Source: Candidatus Anstonellales archaeon (GTDB taxonomy: Archaea; Micrarchaeota; Micrarchaeia; Anstonellales; J096). Taken from it: DNA of 64,000 bases. The notes under the pieces were generated by a model, which saw nothing but the letters and a program-made list of their open reading frames with translations, searched no databases and was not told the origin of the DNA. This document shows positions 44,823 through 53,863 of this stretch, piece after piece. Made by a program: the position numbers and the translations under genes. Location: contig JAWAFI010000002.1 in NCBI GenBank assembly GCA_038890615.1, positions 17,488 to 81,487 on the forward strand, read 5' to 3'. Each line of letters begins with the position of its first letter. Within the stretch, counting starts at the first letter, position 1.

Positions 44823-46410
44823 GGATTTCAAGGAATACTCAGTGGCTGAGTTTTTCAAGAAGAACAGGCAGATGATTGGCTTCAGCGGAAAGGTAAAAAG
44901 CCTCACAGTGATAGTGCATGAGTACTTTACAAACAGCATGGATGCTTGCGAGGAGGCAGGAATACTGCCTGACATAAAGGTGGCAATAACGCAGGAAGAT
45001 GAGGAGCGCTACACGGTTGAGGTATGGGACAATGGGCCTGGCATCCCAAAATCCATCCTTGGAAAGGCCCTTGGGAAGATGCTCACAGGCACAAAGTTCC
45101 ACCGCTATGTGCAGCAGAGGGGGCAGCAAGGAATAGGCGCAGCAGGGTGCACCATGTTTTCTTACCTTACTACCGGCAAGCCAATAGAGGTGGTCTCACG
45201 CTACAAAGGAAATGAAGTAAGGGCCACAATAGGGCTTGACATCCAAAGGAATGAGCCGGTAATGAATGTTATGGAAGAGAAAAAGCTCGAATCCCAAGAG
45301 CATGGCCTTTATGTTAAAGCTTACTTCTCAGATGTCAAGTATGATAAGAGCAGCTACAGCCCTTCTGAATACATAAAGCTTTCTGCCCTTTCCAACCCTC
45401 ATGCCCAAATAGAGTTCATAGAGCCATCAGGCCAGCGTTTCCTCTATCCAAGAGTGGTAAACGAGCTCCCTCCACGCCCAGTTGAGATAAAGCCCCATCC
45501 CCTTGGAGTTGACAGGCATATGCTTTTTGAGATGATGAAAGCATCCAAGCCGATGCGCATTTCCGCATTTCTCACATCAGAATTCTCGCGCTTCTCTTCA
45601 GCGAAGCTGGATGAGCTTCGCACTGCATGCCCAAGCGTTGACCTTTCCAAAAAGACAAGCGAAATCACTTGGGAAGAGGCAGAGAAGATTGTAAAGGCAA
45701 TTCAAAGCATTAAATGGATGGCGCCTCCTACTGATTGCCTTAGCGGCATAGGGGCTCAGCAAATGGAGAAGGCGCTCTCTAGCATCCTAAATCCCCAGTT
45801 CTTGAAGGTTGTCGAAAGGCCTCCAAAGGTTTACCGGGGTGGTGTGCCGTTCAAGGTTGAAGCAGCTATTGCCTATGCCCCTAACTTTGGCAAAACCCAA
45901 GTTCTGCGATATGCCAACAGGGTGCCCCTTATGTTTGATGCAGGGGCTTGTGCAATAACCGAAACAGTAAAGTCGATTGATTGGAAGCGCTACAACATTG
46001 ACATAGAGAACAACGCAGTGATAATGGTAAACCTTTCAAGCGTTTTCGTGCCTTATCTAACTGCAGGTAAGCAGGCAATATCTCCTGAAGAAGAGATAGT
46101 TGCAGAGATCAGGAATGCGTTGATGGAAGCAGCAAGGGGAGTTTCTGGGTTCATAAGCAGCGAGGTGCGTGAAAGGGAAAAAGGCAAAAGGAAGAAGATA
46201 TTCCTTAAGTATGTCCCCCAGATTGCAGCAGACCTTGCATACCTCTCAGATGTAAGGCAAGAGGTGCTCATGAAGGCAATGGAAAAAGTCATTGAAAAGA
46301 GGATGGGTGAAATAGAGGAGATGGAGAATGAAGATGAAGCCGAACCATTGCCTAGCAAGGAAAAGGAAAAAGGTGATGAAAATGGTGAAGCCGCTGGAGA
46401 AGCTGAATGA
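44806..46410 (+). CDS. top6B: DNA topoisomerase VI subunit B
   Basis: GHKL/Bergerat ATPase motifs (NSMDACEE, VWDNGPGIP, GQQGIGAAG), transducer domain, 534 aa. Confidence 0.9.
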   Translation: MKRMFEDFKEYSVAEFFKKNRQMIGFSGKVKSLTVIVHEYFTNSMDACEEAGILPDIKVAITQEDEERYTVEVWDNGPGIPKSILGKALGKMLTGTKFHRYVQQRGQQGIGAAGCTMFSYLTTGKPIEVVSRYKGNEVRATIGLDIQRNEPVMNVMEEKKLESQEHGLYVKAYFSDVKYDKSSYSPSEYIKLSALSNPHAQIEFIEPSGQRFLYPRVVNELPPRPVEIKPHPLGVDRHMLFEMMKASKPMRISAFLTSEFSRFSSAKLDELRTACPSVDLSKKTSEITWEEAEKIVKAIQSIKWMAPPTDCLSGIGAQQMEKALSSILNPQFLKVVERPPKVYRGGVPFKVEAAIAYAPNFGKTQVLRYANRVPLMFDAGACAITETVKSIDWKRYNIDIENNAVIMVNLSSVFVPYLTAGKQAISPEEEIVAEIRNALMEAARGVSGFISSEVREREKGKRKKIFLKYVPQIAADLAYLSDVRQEVLMKAMEKVIEKRMGEIEEMENEDEAEPLPSKEKEKGDENGEAAGEAE

Positions 46411-47473
46411 TTTTGGTAAGAATCTTGCAGAGCGCATAATACGTGGCGAAGAGCCCTCTTTTGAGCTTCCTGTTCGCTCGCGCAGCAATGTTGTTTTTGA
46501 CCCATCTGTGGGCTACCTGCGCCTTGGGCAAAACAAAGAGGTTCGCAAGTACCTGAGCCTTTCGCAGGCAAAAAAATTCATGCAAACCCTGTCTGTTGCA
46601 GCCAAGGTCAAGAAATTTGTAAAAGAAGGGCTGCATACAAGCATAAGGGGCCTTTACTACCAGCTCAAGTTTACGCTTGGGGAAGATATAGACGAAGACC
46701 TTTTCACTGAGCAGGAGGAATCCAATGTGCTAATAGAGGACCTTGAGTCAGCCCTAACCTTAAAAAGAGAGGATTTCAACCTGACCACAGACAGGAAAGG
46801 GGTTATGGCAGGCCCTATAATGCTCATTGACAAGTTTGCGGGCGAGACGATAGAGATTGACGGCACAAGGCAGGGAAGGAGCGGCTGGGCTGTCCCAAGC
46901 GATGTGGACAATGGAATTGAAATAAAAAAGATAGAGGCTGATTATGTGCTGGTTGTCGAAAAGGATGCCTTATGGCAAAGGCTCAATGAAGACAAGTTTT
47001 GGGACAAGAACAACTGCATACTGATAACCCCTAAAGGACAGGCCTCAAGGGGCGTTAGGAGGCTCATAAGGAAGCTTGCCGATGCAGGGCTCCCAATATA
47101 CTTTTTCACTGACTGCGATGCATGGGGCTGGTATATTTACTGGACTGCAAAAACAGGAAGCATGAACCTCGCCTACCTAGGAAGGGACTTTGCAGTGCCT
47201 GAAGCAAAGTTCTTGGGAGTAACTATGAGCGACATAAAAGAGTTTGATTTCCTCCAAAAGCTCACAATAAAGGCAAAGGATATAGATCTGAGGAGGGCGC
47301 AGGAGCTCCTTAGTTATGAGTGGATAGGGCGCTACAAGGACTGGCAGAAGGAGCTCAACCTTGTGCTTAAGGAGAAGAAGAAGCTTGAGCAGGACGCACT
47401 TCAGGGACCTCGGCTGACATTTGTTGGTGACTATGTTGAGCAAAAGATAAAAAAGAAGGAGTTTTTATCCTAA
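46376..47473 (+). CDS. top6A: DNA topoisomerase VI subunit A (Spo11-like)
   Basis: ATG at 46376 (MKMVKPLEKL). Winged-helix region containing the catalytic Tyr, and a Toprim domain with FFTDCDAWGWYIY. Confidence 0.9.
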   Translation: MKMVKPLEKLNDFGKNLAERIIRGEEPSFELPVRSRSNVVFDPSVGYLRLGQNKEVRKYLSLSQAKKFMQTLSVAAKVKKFVKEGLHTSIRGLYYQLKFTLGEDIDEDLFTEQEESNVLIEDLESALTLKREDFNLTTDRKGVMAGPIMLIDKFAGETIEIDGTRQGRSGWAVPSDVDNGIEIKKIEADYVLVVEKDALWQRLNEDKFWDKNNCILITPKGQASRGVRRLIRKLADAGLPIYFFTDCDAWGWYIYWTAKTGSMNLAYLGRDFAVPEAKFLGVTMSDIKEFDFLQKLTIKAKDIDLRRAQELLSYEWIGRYKDWQKELNLVLKEKKKLEQDALQGPRLTFVGDYVEQKIKKKEFLS

Positions 47474-47475
47474 AC

Positions 47476-48705
47476 ATGGAAAACAAGCTAATATATGATG
47501 CAATAGAATTCCTTTCCTCAATAACCAGCTATGATCCTTCCAACATTGAAAAACTTAGGGTGCTCAAGGAGCAAATGCTCCAAATGGGCTTTGATTCACC
47601 TTTCAAGCCGATGCTCTCGCTGCCTTCATTTGATGATGAAGAGATGAGCGAAGCAGAGGCGCATGATGTAAAGAAGCACCTCTCCTATTTCCGCTACCGC
47701 GCTTTTCTCAAGAAGTCATTGCTAAGGCAGGTGCAGCTTTCAATCGCCGCGCACAAGGTTTACAAAGCACTTGAGAGCTATGGCGCTCCGGATATCCTTC
47801 CTTATATCCCTTTGAAAGGCAACCATGTTGACATGTTCATTCGCTATGGGATTGATTCCCTTTTAGTTTACAAGCATCTTAGCAGCCTGCTTTCAAAGCA
47901 TGCAGATGAAGAATATTACTATATCGTAAATCTCAAAACAAAAAAAGGCATTGAGGCAAGGAAGGTCCAGAGGCTCAAAGGGCTAAAGGAGGTTGTGTCA
48001 AGCAAGAGATTTGTGCGCTCAAAGAAGCTCATCTCCTCCACCCCAATATCAATCTCCTACCTGACTGCGATAGCCACTTACACTTCAAGCTCTGTTCCAG
48101 AAGAATCAGGGATTTCTGATTCTTTGCGCTCCTACAACCAAGTGCTTAAGGAGCACGGGATAGTGCCATTTGTATTCATGGACAAGGTGGAAGGCTTTGA
48201 GCATGTGAAGGAGGCATTAGCCAAAAAAGGGTTTATGCTTGAGCAGAAGGATGATTTCATACTCTCCCCTAAGATTGAGGCAGAGCTGCGGGAAGTGCGG
48301 AGGCGCAGGATGGAAAAGCTCAAGCAAGTTGCAACCCTGCTTTTCTTGACGCCACTGCTTAAGTTCTACCTTCTCAAATCAAGGAGGCAGAGGGAATCAA
48401 ACCCTTTGATCCCTTCAATCGAGACTGAGCCCTCATCAAACCAGCTTTCAATATTTTCTGCGCTTGCAGAAGAAGAGGCGCGCCTGAAAGGCATTGAAAA
48501 GGCGCTTTCTGAGAAGCTTATGCTTGAAAAGGCAGTGAAGGACCAGCAGAGATTAGCTGTTTCCCTGCTTAAAGTGCACACATCTCTTCCAAGCACATGG
48601 ATTGCTGACTTTTGCTCTGTGAATGTGGAATATGTTGAAAAAGTGCAGCCATGGCATTCCTTCATAAAAGGTGGCAGGGGTGAAAGGTTCCTCAAGGAGC
48701 TTTAA
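47476..48705 (+). CDS. Hypothetical protein encoded immediately (2-nt gap) downstream of top6A
   Basis: A 409-aa protein with no recognisable motif, on the same strand. Its start codon lies 3 nt after the top6A stop. Confidence 0.4.
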   Translation: MENKLIYDAIEFLSSITSYDPSNIEKLRVLKEQMLQMGFDSPFKPMLSLPSFDDEEMSEAEAHDVKKHLSYFRYRAFLKKSLLRQVQLSIAAHKVYKALESYGAPDILPYIPLKGNHVDMFIRYGIDSLLVYKHLSSLLSKHADEEYYYIVNLKTKKGIEARKVQRLKGLKEVVSSKRFVRSKKLISSTPISISYLTAIATYTSSSVPEESGISDSLRSYNQVLKEHGIVPFVFMDKVEGFEHVKEALAKKGFMLEQKDDFILSPKIEAELREVRRRRMEKLKQVATLLFLTPLLKFYLLKSRRQRESNPLIPSIETEPSSNQLSIFSALAEEEARLKGIEKALSEKLMLEKAVKDQQRLAVSLLKVHTSLPSTWIADFCSVNVEYVEKVQPWHSFIKGGRGERFLKEL

Positions 48706-48985
48706 GCTTGTAGGCAAGAGCACTGCGCTTCTTAATTCACAATTGACTAAGGAAGTTGCCTTAGAGATTGCAAGAAACGAGCAAATAAAGGAAGTAGTGG
48801 TTTCCCAGACAAACTTGAAAAGGGCTTCCTTGCCTGTGTTGCGTGCCCTGCGCAAAGTGGGCATCACAATACGCACCAAGCCGTCTTTCAGGAAAAGAAT
48901 CCTAAAGCGCGTTTCTTTATCCCTCAACAAGAGCAAATCCCTCAGGTCAGCAGGCCTCTCTAAAAGCTTCTTTTATAGGAAGTAG
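48671..48985 (+). CDS. Small basic hypothetical protein
   Basis: A 104-aa, K/R-rich protein. It overlaps the previous gene by 35 nt and could be spurious. Confidence 0.2.
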   Translation: MAGVKGSSRSFKLVGKSTALLNSQLTKEVALEIARNEQIKEVVVSQTNLKRASLPVLRALRKVGITIRTKPSFRKRILKRVSLSLNKSKSLRSAGLSKSFFYRK

Positions 48986-50029
48986 CTACCTGCTTACCTT
49001 GCCTTTGACCATTTCAATTATGCTTTCCTTTCCCTTGAACCTTTGCCTCACAGGCTCAATCATTTCATTGAGCTCTCTTGCAACTGCTGCCTTTAGGTCA
49101 AGCGGGTGTATCTTGCCTTGTGAATAAAGCGATGCCAGTTCGCCATCTATCTCAACTTCTATGTCGCCCCCAAACTCCTTCTTCCTTTCAATAAGGAGCG
49201 TTTCCTTTGATGCCCCTATTACATAGCTAGCTATCTCATACACAGGGTTGCCTTCTACCTGCCTTTCAGGGCAGAATGCCTTTTTGACCTTTCTCTCAAC
49301 TTCTTCCTTGCTCTCGTGCAAATAGATTGCTGTTTCTGGCCTGCTCTTGCTCATCTTGGCATCAAGAAGCTCCTCATCCTTGTAAGGGTCCATCTTCTTT
49401 GAGCTCTGGAGGCTGGGGAGTATGTGGTTGTGCACTGCTACAAAAGAGGGATTTATCTCCCTTGCAAAAACATGGACCTTCCTCTGGTCCATCCCTGCGT
49501 GCGCTATGTCTATGCCCATATAAAATATGTCCGCTGCCTGCATGAGCGGATAAATTATGTTTGCTGTGTGTATGCTCTCCCCTTCCTTCCTGCCCATTAT
49601 GGTTGAGCACCTGAGCGCCCTCTTTATTGTAGCCCTCTTGCTGAGCTCAAGCACAAGCTTCCAGTAGTCTTCTTTGTATATTTCGCTTGCAAGCACATAG
49701 TTGGCATCATCTATGCCCATTGCCCTGTACAGCTCAGTAAAGTATTCCCTTCCAGCCTTTTGTATAAGCTCCAAATCCCCTCCAAGCTTGTTGTTTATCC
49801 ATGCGTGGTAATCCGCAAGGAAAACATTAAGCTCTATTCCTGCTTTCTTAAAATGCTTCATCTTCTCTGCTATAAGCAGGTTGCCTATGTGCCCTATGCC
49901 TGAAACCTCAAAACCTATGTAGTGCTTGGGCCTGCTCTTTTCTTCAAACAGCTTCCTTAAATCTTCTGGCGTTATCACTTCCTCTGTTGGCTTTCTCATC
50001 ACAAGAGCAATCCTCTCTTCTATGTCCAT
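48986..50029 (-). CDS. tyrS: Tyrosyl-tRNA synthetase (archaeal type)
   Basis: Collinear with Methanocaldococcus-type TyrRS: YIGFEVSGIGHIGN class-I region, KMSKS (DAKMSKSRPE), and C-terminal GGDIEV...LHPLDLKAAVA. Confidence 0.85.
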   Translation of the reverse strand: MDIEERIALVMRKPTEEVITPEDLRKLFEEKSRPKHYIGFEVSGIGHIGNLLIAEKMKHFKKAGIELNVFLADYHAWINNKLGGDLELIQKAGREYFTELYRAMGIDDANYVLASEIYKEDYWKLVLELSKRATIKRALRCSTIMGRKEGESIHTANIIYPLMQAADIFYMGIDIAHAGMDQRKVHVFAREINPSFVAVHNHILPSLQSSKKMDPYKDEELLDAKMSKSRPETAIYLHESKEEVERKVKKAFCPERQVEGNPVYEIASYVIGASKETLLIERKKEFGGDIEVEIDGELASLYSQGKIHPLDLKAAVARELNEMIEPVRQRFKGKESIIEMVKGKVSR

Positions 50030-50036
50030 GGGGGTT

Positions 50037-51803
50037 CTACACTATTGATATTAAAAATATTATCGCAACAAGAGCAAGGGCTATGATAAGAGGGAGCAGT
50101 ATTTTCGCAACTGCCATTATTGCGTTTGCAGTGCTTATTATCTCTATGGCACTGGAGAAGCCGAAAACCTTTTGCTCAACCCTTTCTTCTATGTACTTTG
50201 CCTTTGCAGGCACCATCCTCTTTTCTGCTTCCTTTATCATTCCAACTATGAACCCTGCATGCCCTTTGCTGCCTTTAAGTGGGTTGAACACTCCCTTAAC
50301 TGCATTCATCTCATGCGTGTCAGTGCTCATTACAATTACATTCATCCTGCCTGCCAGCCTCTTTATCTCTCTTGTTAGATTGTAGTCCACGCCATTTGAA
50401 TCAATTACTACGAGCGCAGTCCTTGGCTCTGTTGAGAGGACAATTACAGAGACGCCTCCACCTCCCACCCCCTTCCAATCAACCGATTTCCTAATGAAGC
50501 CAACCTTAAGGTTCCTTTCCTTGCCTTTTTCCATTAAGCCGTCCCTTATTGCCATTTCGTACTCATGGAATTCCGGAGTAGCTGCATCAAACATCGTAAT
50601 CTCTTCGGTGTCTGAATTGTGCTGGTCAACAAGAAAAGCTTTGCCTACAAACTTCTCTGCCTCCTTCTTTAATGCTAGCCCTGCGCCTATCGTGAGATCC
50701 TCAGTCACATAAGGGGCTCTAGTAATCATAACCATTGCGAATTTTCCAAAATCAATTATTTCAGCTGATGCATTGCCGAAATTGCCCTTCTTGTAGGTGC
50801 ATGCGCTTGAGTAAATCCCTTCTCCTTTGCTCCTTTCAATTATGTACTTAGCATACCTTTCAGCCTCTTCATGGGAAACCATGTTCATGTCATGGGTCAC
50901 TGTTGAGTGCAAAGCAACTGCCTCTTTGTCTTTTGAGTAAAGCAAGTAGGGGAAAGCGCTGCTCCCTAGCATCTTGAATGGTCCATAATGTATCATAGGA
51001 TTGACAAGCTTTACTGCCAAGCCTTGCCCCTCAAGGCATATGATCTGCATAGGGATTATAACGGTCTTAGCTATCCTTTCCATGCTTTCTTCAATTGAAA
51101 AATCCTCCCTGAACCACTGAGCTAGGAACATCTGCACTGCATCCACTGTCTTTAGCCCAAAGGAACGCTTTCCAGGCGCATTTATTATGTTGAAGAAGAG
51201 GTATATGGCCCCTGTAAACACAGCGCATGCAAGGAGGAACTTGAGCGCTATGGCTGCCGGGTCCATTCCAAGTATGTTCACTTCCATCAGGAAAAGGAAG
51301 TGGAATAATATGTGCACTGTGGCGAAAAGGAAAGCCCTTGTCTTCATCCCAAAAACCATCTTTCCTACTAGGAGCCAAAGCGCATACACAACGCCCCCGC
51401 CTATGAAAATCACAAATTCAAATGGTATGCCTGCTGTGTTCAAAGCAAGATAAAGCCCATATGCTAGCAGGAGTATTATTTCACCTACAAAGGATGTTGC
51501 TATTATTCTTCTGAAAGGGACTTCCCTAAGAAAGAGCTTTAATACTACTGAGCTAAGCAATGAGGGAAAAGCAAAAAGCATCAGGGATATGAAAACAGAT
51601 GCAACCACCCTTTCTGGAGTAAAAGGCCCATCTGAAATAAAGAAGTGGAATGCAGCAAATATCATTGAAACAAGGAAAATGCCCCCTGCAAAATACTCAG
51701 ACCTTGGAAGGTCTATGAACCCCTTTGTTACCTTAAGCGCCTCATTGGCTGCCTTCATCCGACTTTCACCACTATGTTCTGCTTGGCTCCGCAGTGCGGG
51801 CAC
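50037..51803 (-). CDS. Large polytopic membrane protein with cytoplasmic domain (DUF2070-like, archaeal)
   Basis: About eight N-terminal TM helices, a ~350-aa soluble region and a C-terminal TM. Family assignment from memory only. Confidence 0.4.
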   Translation of the reverse strand: MPALRSQAEHSGESRMKAANEALKVTKGFIDLPRSEYFAGGIFLVSMIFAAFHFFISDGPFTPERVVASVFISLMLFAFPSLLSSVVLKLFLREVPFRRIIATSFVGEIILLLAYGLYLALNTAGIPFEFVIFIGGGVVYALWLLVGKMVFGMKTRAFLFATVHILFHFLFLMEVNILGMDPAAIALKFLLACAVFTGAIYLFFNIINAPGKRSFGLKTVDAVQMFLAQWFREDFSIEESMERIAKTVIIPMQIICLEGQGLAVKLVNPMIHYGPFKMLGSSAFPYLLYSKDKEAVALHSTVTHDMNMVSHEEAERYAKYIIERSKGEGIYSSACTYKKGNFGNASAEIIDFGKFAMVMITRAPYVTEDLTIGAGLALKKEAEKFVGKAFLVDQHNSDTEEITMFDAATPEFHEYEMAIRDGLMEKGKERNLKVGFIRKSVDWKGVGGGGVSVIVLSTEPRTALVVIDSNGVDYNLTREIKRLAGRMNVIVMSTDTHEMNAVKGVFNPLKGSKGHAGFIVGMIKEAEKRMVPAKAKYIEERVEQKVFGFSSAIEIISTANAIMAVAKILLPLIIALALVAIIFLISIV

Positions 51804-52759
51804 CTGTCCCCTTCAAGCATAATCCTTTCAACATCAAATCCACTCCTCTCTATTAGCATTGCCCTGCATTTATAACAGTATGTGCTCTCTGTTTCTTTAT
51901 TTCTAATGTTGCCTGTGTAAACGTATTTCATACCTGCCTCCATGGCTATTTCCCTTGCCCTCAACAATGTGCTTATTGGCGTCCTTTGCTTGTCCATCAT
52001 CCTGTATGCCGGGTAGAATGAAGTGAAGTGCAAAGGTACGCTTTTATCCAATTTTGCCACCCATTCTGCAAGCTGCATTATCTGCTCTGGCATATCATTC
52101 TCCCCAGGAATCAATAAGTTTATTATCTCAATATGCATTTTCTTATGAAGCTTCTTTATGCTGTCCAATACCCCTTCCATGTCAACCCCTCCGCATACCC
52201 TATCGTAGAACTTTTGGTCAAATGCCTTAAGGTCAACCCTCGCTGCATCAATATCACCCATGCTTTTTATGGCTTCTGGCGTCATATACCCATTAGTGAC
52301 AAACACGTTGTAGAGCCCTTCTTTTTTCGCAAGTTTTGCGGTGTCAAGAGCGTACTCCATGAAAACAGTAGGCTCAGTGTAAGTGTAAGCTATCCCATCC
52401 GCCCTACCCTTGCTCAACCTAACTATCTCTTCTGGAGAAAGGTCATCCCCAATTATGTCTAATTTTTGCTGGCTTATATCCCAGTTCTGGCAGTGCAGGC
52501 ATCTAAAGTTGCAACCAACAGTAGCAAATGAGAAAACCTGCGTTCCTGGCATGAAGTGGAAGAACGGCTTCTTCTCTATTGGGTCTATCATGTACGAAAC
52601 TGCCTTTCCATAGGCAATGGCATAAAGCTTCCCATCCCTGTTCTCCCTTATTCCGCAGTACCCTCTTCTTCCAGGAGCAATCATACATCGCCTTCTGCAT
52701 AGGTTGCATATAGCAAACTTATCTTCGCCTTTCTTCCACCACCTAGCCTCTTTGGCCAT
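51755..52759 (-). CDS. Radical SAM protein, AmmeMemoRadiSam-system / PflA-like activase family
   Basis: N-terminal Cys cluster (CNLCRRRC...YCGIRENRDGKLY) typical of that family, plus a canonical CNFRCLHC (CxxxCxxC) and GG motif. Overlaps the downstream membrane-protein gene by 49 nt. Confidence 0.7.
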   Translation of the reverse strand: MAKEARWWKKGEDKFAICNLCRRRCMIAPGRRGYCGIRENRDGKLYAIAYGKAVSYMIDPIEKKPFFHFMPGTQVFSFATVGCNFRCLHCQNWDISQQKLDIIGDDLSPEEIVRLSKGRADGIAYTYTEPTVFMEYALDTAKLAKKEGLYNVFVTNGYMTPEAIKSMGDIDAARVDLKAFDQKFYDRVCGGVDMEGVLDSIKKLHKKMHIEIINLLIPGENDMPEQIMQLAEWVAKLDKSVPLHFTSFYPAYRMMDKQRTPISTLLRAREIAMEAGMKYVYTGNIRNKETESTYCYKCRAMLIERSGFDVERIMLEGDRCPHCGAKQNIVVKVG

Positions 52760-52796
52760 GACAATTTCTTTATGGGGTCCTTTAAATCATTTCCTT

Positions 52797-53819
52797 TTAT
52801 CTTTTTGCCTCCTTAAGCATCTTCTTTATGCTGCTGTCAAAAGCCATATCCATGGCGCTATTCCCTTCAAAGTCCTTAACTGATGGATTAGCGCCATTTT
52901 GAAGAAGCAGTTCCACTACTTCTTTATATCCGTTGATAACCGCCCACATAAGCGCTGTCTTGCCGTTTTCATCCTGCGCGTCTAGCTTTGCCCCTGCCTT
53001 TATTAGGGCTTCTGCGCTTTCCTTCTGCCCATTCATTGCTGCCATAATAAGGGCGCTCTTTCCTTTGTTGGTATTGACATCAGCCCCTGCCCTAATAAGC
53101 ATCTCAATAACAGCAGTGTGCCCATTAGCAGCTGCCCCCATAAGCGCTGTCCAGCCGCTTGCTTCAACAGCATTTACATTAGCCCCTGCTTTTATAAGAA
53201 TCTCTACAGTGCTCAAATGCCCGTTTCCAGCTGCCCACATAAGCAGCGTCCTGCCCCTTTTGTCAGCAGCGTTTACATCAGCGCCAGCCCTAATAAGCAT
53301 CTCCACAACTTCTTTGTTCCCCCTGTCAGCAACTTCCATTGCCACCTTCTTTATCCAAGTGAAGTCTGCATTCACATTTGCTCCGTTGGCAATCAGCCTA
53401 ACCACTTCCTCAAGGTTGCAGTTTTTCCTTTCAGAGCAGTTCCTTATTATTTGCACCCCAAGCTCTGCTGCTTTTTCCTCTCCTATGATTTTCCTGTTTT
53501 TTATATTTTCTCTTTTAAGTTCCTCAAACGCCTCCTTATCCTCCTTCCCTTCCCTAATAGCCCCAACAACCCTCTCAACAACCTTCTCATTATGAAGCTT
53601 TTCTGAATTTTGCGCCTCAACCTTCTGCTCAGCCCCATACAGCGTTCTGTTTAATGCGAACGAAGCAGATGGTCCAAGTGCCATCCCTAATGAGACAAGC
53701 CCCAGCACAGCGAGCTCTTTTGTTTTTGTTAAAATCTTACCAAGCCTTCTTTCTTCAAGAGGGCTCTTAAGTAAAGGCTTTTTAGAGGATCCCTCAACCT
53801 CCCTTGTTTTCATTTTCAT
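52797..53819 (-). CDS. Ankyrin-repeat protein with N-terminal signal/anchor and conserved family N-terminal module
   Basis: A hydrophobic segment LAVLGLVSLGMALGPSASFALN is followed by the module VERVVGAIREGKEDKEAFEELKRENIKNRKIIGEEKAAELG...VVRLIANGANVN, then about six ANK repeats. Confidence 0.8.
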   Translation of the reverse strand: MKMKTREVEGSSKKPLLKSPLEERRLGKILTKTKELAVLGLVSLGMALGPSASFALNRTLYGAEQKVEAQNSEKLHNEKVVERVVGAIREGKEDKEAFEELKRENIKNRKIIGEEKAAELGVQIIRNCSERKNCNLEEVVRLIANGANVNADFTWIKKVAMEVADRGNKEVVEMLIRAGADVNAADKRGRTLLMWAAGNGHLSTVEILIKAGANVNAVEASGWTALMGAAANGHTAVIEMLIRAGADVNTNKGKSALIMAAMNGQKESAEALIKAGAKLDAQDENGKTALMWAVINGYKEVVELLLQNGANPSVKDFEGNSAMDMAFDSSIKKMLKEAKR

Positions 53820-53863
53820 GCTAATAACTATGCTCTAGCATATAAAAGAGTTTCGCTCTTGCG

